A stretch of DNA of 64,000 nt from Octopus vulgaris (lineage: Eukaryota), in assembly GCA_951406725.2 (NCBI GenBank), contig OX597820.1, positions 101,184,001-101,248,000 of the forward strand. The letters are read 5' to 3'. Below the pieces are notes generated by a model. That model was given only the letters and a program-made list of their open reading frames with translations, had not been told where the DNA came from and made no database searches. Below, piece by piece: positions 10,256 through 21,734 of this stretch (the first letter of the stretch is position 1; each line of letters opens with the position of its first letter). The translations under genes were made by a program, and so were the position numbers.

Positions 10256-13200
10256 CTCCGTATTTTCATAAACAGATTAAATGTAAAGAAAATAAATAAT
10301 GTAAAGAAAATAATAAATAAAAGAAAATATTTGAAAAACAAAACAAAAAAACGTTTGGGAAAGACAAGAAGAGAAAAACGAACGAATAAAGGCTGTCACT
10401 TGTGTTCTTCGCAAAAGAATAATGTCTCTTTACACTTTTTATTTGTAATTATCGACCAAAAATCCAACACATGTTAATGTCTTGGACTGATCAGCAGAGT
10501 ATCTAATTTTTTATTCACTTTTTTGGGGGGTTCTTTTTCCCCTAAGTCTAAGTCGGTGTCCGAAATCTGTTGGAAGTTGTGGCAATTTGTTGTTCAGCGT
10601 TGTTGCTTGTTTGTTTTTCGTTTGTTGATTTCCCCCTTCGACGAGACTAATCTGTTGAATACAGCTTGGACATTCTTTATACTCGTTTCTTATCGACATC
10701 CCTTAACTCTCCCGACAAGAAATTGCCGTGATGGAATGCCCGTTCATACAGCCTTCAACAAAGCGTGAACCAAAATGACAACATACATACACACATACAT
10801 ACATGCATATATACATACTCACTCACACCACACACACACTCACATATATATATACAAACACATGCATACATACGTACGTAGTTAACTTGCATTTTAACTG
10901 CGGCGATTAAAAATCATGTCAATGAAAGAATATCTATATTCAAATTGGATCAACAATCCAGTCTGTACTATTAATTAGGGTAATATTATTAATTTGTTTT
11001 TCCACATTACAAATGTGCAATACGAAGTGGTTTAAATTGAATCATTTGTCCGTCCAGGTGTTTATATTCATTGCTTGTTATAGTGTTTAATTTTCCGCCG
11101 TTAAAATACAAGATAACCCATTATACTATGTCACTGGATTGCTTGGGATATTGTAGAGGAGCTGTGTTCAACAAAATATTAAAATTTTATTTCGCATGAC
11201 ATGCCCCTCCAAATAGTACTTACCTTATTTTATGTATTGTACGATCATATTGTTTATAACCTTTGTTTCCCCACTTTTTAATTAACTCTTGTTAATTAAA
11301 AGAAAAAAAGAAATAAACAATTACAAAAGCAGCAATATCGGTTAAATATGATTACATAATGTATTACCCGTAATTTTGCCTTGTTTTATATATATATATG
11401 TGTGTGTGTGTATTTATATACACACATACATACATGCACATATTTAGTTAAAACGTCTATCAAACACAAATATGTTATCTTGTAATCTTGCCTTTCACCT
11501 GTTCAGTAACATCAAAGCACAGGACTGTTATCTAATACAAACATACAAACACACACACATATATGCGAACGGTTTCGTGCCTTCGTTGTTATTGCTCAGG
11601 TGAAAAGCTACACACACACTCTCTCTCTCTCTCTCCTCCACCTGGTCATTTCAGTTATTTCTTTATTACCACAGAATACCTGTAATCATAACTATTCAAA
11701 TGAACATAGGAAAAGTTTCTCTTTTCTGTGTGTTTGCCGTGTCTAATTCATAATGTTCTTGGAGGGTCAGCTGCAAATAATCTCAAGTTTATTGTCATAC
11801 AAATAACTGCCCACGTTTACTTTTGCTGTGTCACCCGACAAATTCCACGTGTGACAAATAATTGGACTGGATTCCCTGGAGAGCTACTACATCTTTCGTT
11901 TCTCATCTCTTTTCTCGCTGTCTTCTTCATCATCATCGCTTCTTTCTAACTAGTTCGTTATTTTACTACAATATTTCATTCACCAGCGAGTGTCTATGTA
12001 ACTTTGACTTGATGCCATATCGTCCTGTTTGTCTCTTCAATTCTTCTCCATTCACTTTCGTTATTGTATTATTATATTTTTTTTAAAGAAATAAGATTAT
12101 AACGGTGGTTAAGATCTTTCGTTTCTGGAAGCTGTCCCAAACCGATATCTGTAGCCAGTACAAATTTCTGGACAACTTGTCATTTGATACGTGAATATAT
12201 GTTATAGCAATGTTAACTACTATCTCTCCCCACCCACACCGCTGTGGTTTACACCCACCACATATATTCCTCTGAATTCTTCGTCAAGTTATGGGTTATA
12301 TTTGTTGTTTCGGTCCATTTTATTATCTTTGGATACTTGGTTGCATCAATATACTTTGTATGTGAGTTGAGTTGCAATATCTTTTTTTCTTTTTTTTTTT
12401 TACTTAAAGTAATTACTATATTACTCATAGGAGTTAAATATTTAAGTACTTCTCCGTGACTAATGGGTATGTTTAGCAAATTTGAACCAATTGTTTTATT
12501 TTGACCTCAAACCTTTTATTTTACAAACCACTTACAAGTCATTTTAATAACGAACACATTGGTTACTGATTCATTAAAAAACAGCGGAGGTGTGCGTATG
12601 AACAAATATATTTATGAATAAAGAAAGAAAGAAACGCATAATCTACAAGAAAAAAACTAAATCTGTTTGATCTATAATCTGTATAATCGTATGTAACTTG
12701 TCTCTAATTCTACTATAGATGAATGTTACGATTTTCTTCTTTGATGTCCTGCCGGTATTAAATCAATCCAGTTCGATTATCATTTGTTTGCCTTCTGCTT
12801 TTAGTCTCCTGCTGTAGTAGTATCTTTTTTTTTGATAAATTGTCAAATCTGTGTTATCTAACATCGGAGTCTTACTGAGCAAAATCGCTTATGTCTTGCT
12901 TTTTTTGTATTTATTTATTTATTACACATTCATTCGTATGTAAAATATTTTCACATAATACATGTATGTTATCTTCAGTTATGTGCCCATCACCCAGTTG
13001 CCTTAGCATGATTCAACTACACCTCGCGTGCGCGTGTATTTATGTATGTATGTGTGTGTATGTGTGTGCATGCATCATTACTGATTCAACTGGTGTTTAA
13101 AGAGAATTCGGCGGTTACTGCTGCTTTTTGTGGTGGGAGGGCCTGTTTGTCTCATGCTAGCTAGAATATCTGTTCGTGTTTTAAATTGCCCCTGACACTG

Positions 13201-13433
13201 ATCGAGTCGCACGAAATTGCATTAAAGTACATAATTTTTTTTTTCGTTAATCTCGGGTCTGAGTTCAAATAACGTCATGGTCGTCTTTGATTTGAGCGCT
13301 CCTAAGGCATATACCTACCGTACCTCATTATAACTCGATTGGTCTGTGTTTTTGAAAGATCGTTCCACAGGTGTGTGCCTATTGTTTTAACCGCGCTTAA
13401 ACAATCCCGTTGACATTTCGACTGTTCACTTCA

Positions 13434-13459
13434 CACACACACACACACACACATATCTG

Positions 13460-13500
<41 letters not shown>
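13434..13500. repeat. Compound (CA)n/(TATC)n microsatellite
   Basis: Directly visible. Confidence 0.95.
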
Positions 13501-14653
13501 ATTTTTTCAATAACTTAGTTGATTTAAAGTTAATTAAGAAATCTTGATTGCCAGTCAACCTAGTTTGTGCCTTTCTTTGTTAGTATCTACTCCTATAAAA
13601 AATAAAAGTTTCGATTGCCTAACTTCTTAGAGGTCTCCCTCTATATCGCTTACATTATCACAGCCTGAAGGTTTTTTTTTTTTTTTTAATCCCTTCCATT
13701 AGGTGACGGTGAGGAATGTCAAGAAAATCAAACATTCGAAATCATTAGGGCTTAACATTAGTCAGATTTCCAACAGAGAATTTTTACTCGGGTAAACTTT
13801 TTACATTTTCATTCGAATCTCGTAATATTTAACTGAACAGTAATTTGATGTTCACTTAAGTTTTCACCTTAAATGTTTTTCTTTCTACAGTAAAGATCTT
13901 GATATATATTGATTACGAATAAATAATTCGTTTCATCCCTCTTGCTCTGTTCTGCGTTCAAAGCTCGTTGAAGTCGAATTTGCCGTGAATCTCTTTGGAG
14001 AACTAAACAGTAGAAAAAAAAAAAAATAATAATAAGGGAAAAATGAGTAAAAATAAAAGTAACGCAATGTAATTGTAAGCTCTTGAGGATTTTAAGGGTT
14101 GGCATTTACTCATCTTCTCAGGGTAGGCCACCATTCTATTTTAATATTGCCAGACGTTCTGGTACTTTTTCCCAACATTTCCCCACATACTGAAATATAT
14201 ATATAATGCTTGTGTGCGCGTGTGTGTGTGCAGCGCCCTACATTGTGGAAGATCCATTTAATAATACACAAAGCTACCCATGCCAACATGGAACATGGAC
14301 GTGAAATGATGGCAATGATGAAGAATTCATTTTAAAAATATTTCACTTATCAAAATTTTCGTTGCATGATTGCAACATAGTTGAGTGTGGTGTGTGAAGG
14401 GGTGAAGAATGGTTAGATGGAGTGATGGAAGAATGTAGTGAATACAATCAGATCCTAATTAAACCCTAATTAAACAGGCATCATGGTGGGTGAGATAGGT
14501 AGGGTTATAAGGATAGTGGTTGTGGATGGAGTGGAAACAGCTAGGTTCAATACTGCCCTTCATTATACTGATGACATAGTATAGTAAAGGGGAGAGAGTG
14601 TGTTGCAGAGATGGGTGGGTTGAACCGGACCAATGCATACATATATATATATA

Positions 14654-15337
14654 TCATCATCATCATCGTTTAACGTCCGTTTTCCATGGTAGCATGGGTT
14701 GGACGGTTCAACTGGGGTCTGGGAAGCTAGTAGGCTGCGCCAGGCCCAGTCTGATCTGGCAGTGTTTCTAAAGCTGGATGCCCTTCCTAACGCCAACCAC
14801 TCCGTGAGTGTAGTGGGTGCTTTATACGTGCCACCTGCACAGGTGCCAGGCAAGGCTCACAAACGGCCACGATCGGATGGCGCTTTTTATGTGCCACTGG
14901 CACGGGGGCCAGACGAGGCTGGCAACGGCCAATCGGATGGTGCTTTTTACGTGCTACCGGCATGGAGGACAGTCGGGGCGGGGCTGGCAACAGCCACGTT
15001 CGGATGGTTCTCTTACGTGCCACCAGCACTGGTATCACAGCTACAATTTCCATTGATGTTGATCGATTTTGATTTTGATTTTCACTTGCCTCAACAGGTC
15101 TTCATAAGTAGGGTTTGTGTCACAAGAAGGAAAGGTATGCATAAGTGGGCTGGCTACATCCCAGGTAGAGGCCACGGGTTATGGTCTCACTTGTCCTGCC
15201 AGGTCTTCCCACGCACAGCATACTTCCAAAGGTCTCGGTCTCTGGTCATTTTCTCGGTGAGACCTAAAGTTCGAAGGTCGAGCTTCACCACCTCGTCCCA
15301 GGTTTTCCTGGGTCTGCCCCTTCCACAGGTTCCCTCA

Positions 15338-15340
<3 letters not shown>
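14654..15340 (-). mobile_element. RTE LINE 3' end (C-terminal codons + 3'UTR)
   Basis: Reverse complement reads VEGTCGRGRPRKTWDEVVKLDLRTLGL followed by the repeat-bearing 3'UTR. Confidence 0.88.
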
Positions 15341-15368
<28 letters not shown>

Positions 15369-15657
15369 TCTATACAATATGTTACATTACTCGGTAGTCA
15401 AGATAAAACTCTGAGTTTCAGATGCCGAAGTGGAAATCCACAACACCATCTCTTCGATTATCTGGCTATTTGAAAACGTTATGAAAAAATACCGTTAAAA
15501 ATGAAGGGAAATTACTCTGTTATAACTCTGCTTTGCCTGCGTACTTATACATCGCTCGCATTTTTCGTCATAAAAATTATATAAAAATACATAAAAATAT
15601 ATAAAAATATATAAAAATATATAAAATCTTCTTGGGACATAACACAGAAAGCATGTT

Positions 15658-16908
15658 CTATCCGTTTTCTTTAGGGGACCAAAAACGTAACAGAAATTTA
15701 GTCACATGTGGGCATGATCCGAAAAGTTCTGTCCTTGTATTTAGACATGTGGTAGGGTCTAAGCTGCTTTTCCAGATAAGCCATCTCTCCATGTCACATA
15801 AACCGCACCTTCCGCTGCCGTTAGTATAGGGCTTACATCTGGCCAAAATCTTCCATTGTATGTTATAATCGACACCTTTATCTCTTAAAGACCAAATATG
15901 ATTGGATAATTGTGTCGCTTTTCTTTTGTTCCAGTGCCTAAAGCTCAAAGTGTGGTTATTGAACCTGGCCTTGAAATTACCCTCTGTCAGGCCCACGTAT
16001 TTCTTCGTCAAAACGGTGTCTTTAGTGGTTATAGAGTTTACGGTAGCTTCATATATGATGGTCTTGGACATGCAAGCTCCATTTAGCGGGCACAATTCTT
16101 TATTCCTGCATGAACAGCTGTTTTCTTCTTGTGTTTTTTGTATGTTATGATTGATTATGTTTTTAAAATTGGTAGTTGAACTAAAACTAATTTTTAAATT
16201 GTGTCTATTGAAGAGTTTCCTATAAGCATGGTTAACTGGAAAATGTCTATCTATCAGTGCTAGGAAATATTTACCTATATTGAAGGCCACCTCGGGTGAG
16301 TAAGGGGGCGTAAACCAGATGACCTTCCTATTTCTATTATTCCTTTTCCTTATTGTTGGGCTGGTGATAGGTGTATATTTTATTTTTTCGCTAAAACCAC
16401 TATCTTTTAAAGCTTTATTATAAACTGGGGCAACGCTATTGAAGATGTCCTCATTAGATGAGAGGCTAGAAATCCTCTTACTAATATTTTTAACTAAATT
16501 TTTGAATACTATAGGGGGATGGCATGAACCTACATTAATATAACTTAGTCTATCATTGGGCTTCCTATAAGGCTTATAAATATTATTATTAAGATCTAAG
16601 GAAACGTCTAAGAAATTGACAACCGTCAGGTTAGTGTCTATAGTTATACTAAGTCCGAAGTGTTTCATTAACTGGATAATATCCTTCCTAAAACGATCTT
16701 GTGCTGGTCCATTTGTATTAGCTGTTAAGGCGAGGGCATCATCTTTGTAGATGGCGAAATGTACGTTAGGGAATGTCTTACTGAAGGTATCTAGGAGAAA
16801 GAGTCCAATTAGATCACAGATGCCTGCCCCATCATATGAACCCATGCTCACATCGAAAGCGCCCTCCGTGTCGGTGTTTTTTACCCACTTTGCATTCTCA
16901 CTGAAAAG
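15658..16908 (-). CDS. 5'-truncated Penelope-like RT + GIY-YIG endonuclease ORF
   Basis: FDVSMGSYDGA, YKDD, WFTPPYS, CSCRNKELCPLNGAC linker, IIYEA...KYVGLT...FKARFNNH, CGLC, ELFGSCPH; frame open to the inversion junction at ~16908. Confidence 0.9.
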   Translation of the reverse strand, partial: LFSENAKWVKNTDTEGAFDVSMGSYDGAGICDLIGLFLLDTFSKTFPNVHFAIYKDDALALTANTNGPAQDRFRKDIIQLMKHFGLSITIDTNLTVVNFLDVSLDLNNNIYKPYRKPNDRLSYINVGSCHPPIVFKNLVKNISKRISSLSSNEDIFNSVAPVYNKALKDSGFSEKIKYTPITSPTIRKRNNRNRKVIWFTPPYSPEVAFNIGKYFLALIDRHFPVNHAYRKLFNRHNLKISFSSTTNFKNIINHNIQKTQEENSCSCRNKELCPLNGACMSKTIIYEATVNSITTKDTVLTKKYVGLTEGNFKARFNNHTLSFRHWNKRKATQLSNHIWSLRDKGVDYNIQWKILARCKPYTNGSGRCGLCDMERWLIWKSSLDPTTCLNTRTELFGSCPHVTKFLLRFWSPKENG

Positions 16909-17320
16909 GTGTCGATTATAACATACAATGGAAGATTTTGGCCAGATGTAAGCCCTATACTAACGGCAGCGGAAGGTGCGGTTTATGCGACATGGAGAGA
17001 TGGCTTATCTGGAAAAGTAGCTTAGACCCTACCACATGTCTAAATACAAGGACAGAACTTTTCGGATCATGCCCACATGTGACTAAATTTCTGTTACGTT
17101 TTTGGTCCCCTAAAGAAAACGGATAGAACATGCTTTCTGTGTTATGTCCCAAGAAGATTTTATATATTTTTATATATTTTTATATATTTTTATGTATTTT
17201 TATATAATTTTTATGACGAAAAATGCGAGCGATGTATAAGTACGCAGGCAAAGCAGAGTTATAACAGAGTAATTTCCCTTCATTTTTAACGGTATTTTTT
17301 CATAACGTTTTCAAATAGCC

Positions 17321-17383
17321 AGATAACCGAAGAGATGGTGTTGTGGATTTCCACTTCGGCATCTGAAACTCAGAGTTTTATCT
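17321..17383 (+). ncRNA. Hammerhead-like ribozyme (type I, variant core) in the pseudo-LTR; mirror copy at 15401-15463 on the minus strand
   Basis: AGATAA-CCGAAGA-GATG..CATC-T-GAAA-CTCAGA-GTT-TTATCT: stem I AGATAA/TTATCT, stem II GATG/CATC. Confidence 0.6.
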
Positions 17384-17476
17384 TGACTACCGAGTAATGT
17401 AACATATTGTATAGATAAATTTCCTCTATTTACATAATATTGAGGTCTCTTTCTTTCTTTTGTTATCTTACCGTTC

Positions 17477-17509
<33 letters not shown>

Positions 17510-17645
17510 CAATAAATAAGTATTGGGTATGTACCCAGTATTTAGCCAGTGAAGCATGTTTGTTGCCTATGGCTACCAGATATCATCTATGGTATTTATA
17601 CAATTGATGCTGGATCTTCTTCAGGAATCCTGCAGTGTTCGTTGA

Positions 17646-17829
17646 ATATATAACAAATGATAGAAATGGGAAACAGAATATACAAGAAACTTTATTACTC
17701 AATGATTGTTTTGACCCATTCTGCATCGATCCCGTGTAAGGGATCGATGCAGAATGGGTCAGAATGATCGTTGTGAGCAATAAAGTTTCTTGCATATTCT
17801 GTTTTCTGTCTCTATCACTTGTTATATAT
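17646..17829. repeat. ~90-bp-arm hairpin/palindrome with 6-nt loop
   Basis: ...GACCCATTCTGCATCGATCCC gtgtaa GGGATCGATGCAGAATGGGTC...; outer arms imperfect. Confidence 0.9.
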
Positions 17830-17880
17830 ATGTATATATATATGTAGGAAAAATAAGGATAAACACAAGTTTATAATAGT

Positions 17881-17965
17881 GTTCCCTGAGGATCTGTTGT
17901 TGAGCATTTACATGCATTTGGAACATCTATTGCAGGACTCCTAATAGTGAAATATGCATAGGAAC
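17881..17965 (+). ncRNA. Hammerhead-like ribozyme (type I) within a small inverted-repeat-bounded unit at 17846-18000
   Basis: GTTCC-CTGAGGA-(long, poorly paired stem II)-GAAA-TATGCA-TA-GGAAC; self-complementary TATGCATA at stem III. Confidence 0.55.
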
Positions 17966-18139
17966 TTCAATCTAAACTTCAGTTTTCCCTTATTTTTTCT
18001 TAATTTGCTCAGAAGCTCATAACTAGTATTACTACCCAGTATAGAACTTACTTAACAACTATACAGAAAGCAGACTGGATTATGAAAATCTACATGAAGC
18101 TCTAAACATAAAAACAGTTGCAGTCATACACATAATTTC

Positions 18140-18173
<34 letters not shown>

Positions 18174-18177
<4 letters not shown>

Positions 18178-18539
18178 CTATATAAACGGCAGTTTGTCTG
18201 TGTGTGTTTCTGTGTGTCTGTTTGCTTGTACCCTCACCCTGACTACGGCTTTCAACCGATTCTTATGAAACTTGACACACACATAGCCAATGTCATAATT
18301 CAAAAATAACGCAGTGAAAATTTTGAAAAGTCCCCAGTTCTGAAAAAATCGATAAATTCGACATGGGTCGAGAATCAAAAACAAACCACAGACTGTCTAG
18401 GGGTCCACTCCACCTTTTTAACTCTCAAAAATTTACCATAACTTTTTCACATTTTTTTGCTATATTTTGGCTATAACTCTCTAAAAATGCTTTATAGTTA
18501 TTTCCCTTACAAACCCGAGCAACGCCGGGCGATACTCTA
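18174..18539 (+). mobile_element. Non-autonomous Helitron
   Basis: 5' TCTCTCTATATAAA start, GTCTGT microsatellite, AACCGATTCTTATGAAACTT motif, 3' hairpin CCCGAGCAACGCCGGG followed by CTA; lies in (TA)n. Confidence 0.75.
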
Positions 18540-19119
18540 TATATATATATATATATATATAGGTATGAACATAACATGTCCAGACCATGTGTTAAAGGGT
18601 TTGACAGGAGCTGAAGAGCTGCATGGGCTCTGAACATACATGGAGCTTGGACAGCTCTTCAGCCAGCCAGGTCTTGTCAAACTGTCCAACCCATGCCAGC
18701 ATGGAAAACGGACGTTAAATGATGATGTGTATTTTAAGCTTTTTTTCTTTGTAGAATTCAAACCAGTCAACAAAGTGACAAAGCTCTTTTTAAAATCAAG
18801 ACAGCTTTGGGGTTTGTTATTTGGATTGCTTAGTTTGTGCATATATCTGCATATGGATAGACTTTAGTATTCTATTGTGTATTCCATATGTACATGTGAT
18901 TGTGTGGGTTCAGTGCAGGAAATTCAAATGGAGAATCCCTGGAATGTTTAGCGAATTTTCATTGTACGACTAATCAGTTGTATTTGAAGAATGTGAATGA
19001 GCTTGCTTTGATTTTTCATAGAGAACCCCAACACTCCTTGGCTTTTATGCAAGTCTGTTATGTAGCCAAAACACCAATGATAATAGATACAAATGAAAAT
19101 CTATAACCTGGATACAAGA

Positions 19120-20980
19120 GCTGTCAGTTTCTCATCAGTTCTTCATGGTTCTCTTTTTTTCTCTAGCTTTTGACGAGACATTCTCATCCACCTGTCAGCT
19201 GATCACTACAACAGCTCATGGTTTTTGTTCCATGTCCTACAGAACAGTATTTGGTCTGTTGTACTTATGTCAAAGTACTGTTTTTATTGGAATATCCCTC
19301 TAGTATTCTTTATTTTTTAATTCTGGTTCTGGTGTGCCTTTGGTATGACCATCAAGATAATTCATTCTGTTTGTAACATTTTAAATCGTTTTAGCAACAA
19401 TGCCATGTTCAATAGCAAGGTAATATCTTATGGACAGTTTTGGACATCTGCTAATTGTATGTGTTACCGTTTACATTCATGTGGCACTGCCAACTTTTTC
19501 TGTCACAATACTGAGGTCTAGAGGCATCCTTATCTCCCTTGTTGATCAGAGATTTAGTAGCTATCTCCTGTTTCTGAATATTAAATGCATAGTTTTAGGT
19601 GGGATGTAATGTATCTGTTGCATGTCCAAGAGAGGCTATTACATATCATTATTGTTAGTATTCTCTAGCTTGCAGTATCTTTACTCATGCATAACTTTTG
19701 GCTTGTATGGCGAGTATTTCTCCAAGTCTCTGTTTATGTTGGTTAGTCCAGCCACACTTGGTTCGCTTCGAAGGAGTTCTTTACTTAATCTCATAATATT
19801 ACTCTCAGAATATGCTTGAACTTATTTCTCTCTTTACTTTGTTCTAGTAGGTTTTTACTGTGAAGTCTGGTGTAGCATGGTAAATTCCATTGTCTCGACC
19901 ACGGTCGAACAATGATGATGAGGTTTTTATGGTAACAAAGTTTTTCACTTAGGTTCACTGTTTATATTTACGGGCAATTGGTTTACCTGTTAGCATCTCT
20001 TATTGACAGTTACCATAGACCTTAGATAATCTACCATGAAGTTGCAGCTGGTGGTTCATAAATTTTTTACTCACTTTGCAATTAACAATAGTATCTAATT
20101 GTTCATTATTTTTTCTGACTCTGCCGACATTTGTCTGGAGAGAGCAGCATCCATTTTGGTGTCTTCACAGTTGATTTCTGTTACGCTGATCTGTTGGCAA
20201 ATGGTGGCTGCAGCACGGTTATATAGTAGGACATTCAGTGTCCAGAAGTTGGAGCTCTCAATCTGGCCTAGGTGTTCCTTAGCAACATGGCTGATCATAG
20301 ATAACATCAAGTCTGTAGCTTTTCTATTGATTCATGTTATAATTGTTCTTTCATGTAATTGTTTATTAATGAAAATGATGTTTCATTTGAATTTTACTGT
20401 TAAATATGCTTTCAGTTGTTTACATTCCCCCATTTCTGTTTGTTCCTAAGCAATTACTGCTCATCCATGAAAGTAGGAATGTTTTCATCTTTGTGTTATT
20501 GTTGTTACAGTGCTTCAGTTTGATGTTGTTTTCAATTTCCTGAGAAGAACCCATTGGTCTGTTCCCACTTGTATTTCATATGTAATTTTGATGGTGAAGG
20601 CAAATTTTTTTGTCAGTGTTTGAGATGAAATGCCAGTAATTGGGGGTATTTTACATCACAGTCACTTTCTATCCTTTCCATATAATTAATTGAGGGTTCT
20701 TGTTTTGCCTTTTTATAGAATTGTTAGAGGTTTTGATTTAATTCAAAAGGTCCACTGAAATTTCTCTTCATAATTCTATGATCTATGATAACTGACCCCA
20801 GTCCCCTGTCCAGCCATGGTGTGTGTAGTAGTAATTCTATGTATTGAGTTTTAGTTGATTTTTCGCTTCTTGATTCCTGCTTCAATTTTCTCTAAAAAGC
20901 GAGCTTCTCCACATTCATCTGAAGTAGATAGCCAGTCTTATATCAATGGTAAAAGTTGTAGGGGATAGCATTCATTGGAT
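19120..20980 (-). mobile_element. Heavily decayed RLE-type (R4/Dong-like) non-LTR retrotransposon
   Basis: Minus-strand remnants VTHTISRCPKLSIRYYLAIEHGIVAKTI (CCHC knuckle region), IQKQEIATK and DIPIK...YNRPN (RLE-like motif); boundaries approximate. Confidence 0.6.
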
Positions 20981-21502
20981 AAAAGATGAATATCCCACTT
21001 ATTTCAATGTAACACACTTTGATTGCTCTTGAGCTCAGAGTACAATGAGCTCATTATTACTCTACATCTCTCTCATTTCTGTTCTTGTACATCTTTCTCA
21101 CCTTCCCTGTTTTCTGATTTGTCTACAAGTTTATTATATTGCTGCTTTCCACCCATTTCTTGCATTCCCACTTATTGTCTCCCACTTTCTGAGCTCTTTA
21201 TTTTACCTTTGCCCTCCATATTAATACTTACCATTGATCACATCTTCACCCCTGTACTTCATTTACCACATTCACCTGTAACCACATCCAGGGTCTAGTG
21301 AACACAGAGGGTATTCTACTGAACCTCTTCATCCAATCCACCTGTTTAGCAAAATCTTATCAAGGTAGATCCTTATATTACTATGGCAGTGTTAGGGTGT
21401 CCCATCTTGCTGGAACTAAAACTTTACATCTTTAGAATCCTCTTAAATGATTAGCATGACAGATTGTCATAGTAAGTTCAAGCAAATAGGACCAATTGCA
21501 TA

Positions 21503-21695
21503 CCTATTTCTTTACTACCCACAAGGGGCTAAACACAGAGAGGACAAACGGATTAAGTCGATTATATTGACCCCAGTGCGTAACTGGTGCTTATTTAATC
21601 GACCCCCGAAAGGATGAAAGGCAAAGTCAACCTTGGCGGAATTTGAACTCAGAATGTAACGGCAGACGAAATACGATTACGCATTTCGCCCGGCA
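21503..21695 (-). mobile_element. SINE family A
   Basis: Core and tail similarity to 9398-9629. Confidence 0.8.
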
Positions 21696-21734
21696 CACAT
21701 TTCACCCAGCAACGCATTTCGCCCAATTAATCCA

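Larger units (their letters stand above)
15367..17476 (-). mobile_element. Penelope-like element (Naiad-type) with inverted pseudo-LTR, inserted in (TA)n
   Basis: 513-bp near-identical inverted arms 15367-15879 and 16905-17417; RT + GIY-YIG ORF; (TA)n on both sides. Confidence 0.92.

Noticed and set aside
14699-15397. 232-aa plus-strand ORF (also 4231..4566, 39837..40172, 62977..63246)
   Set aside because: Antisense reading of the GC-richer RTE 3'UTR repeat; recurs in every copy with no protein motif
15658-16851. Selenoprotein-encoding Naiad
   Set aside because: No in-frame UGA in the retained ORF; the visible conserved positions are Cys codons
16938-17126. Separate 62-aa CDS
   Set aside because: Inverted duplicate of the Penelope ORF C-terminus
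17509-17645. Minus-strand CTGAAGA as another hammerhead
   Set aside because: No properly placed GAAA or stem I partner found
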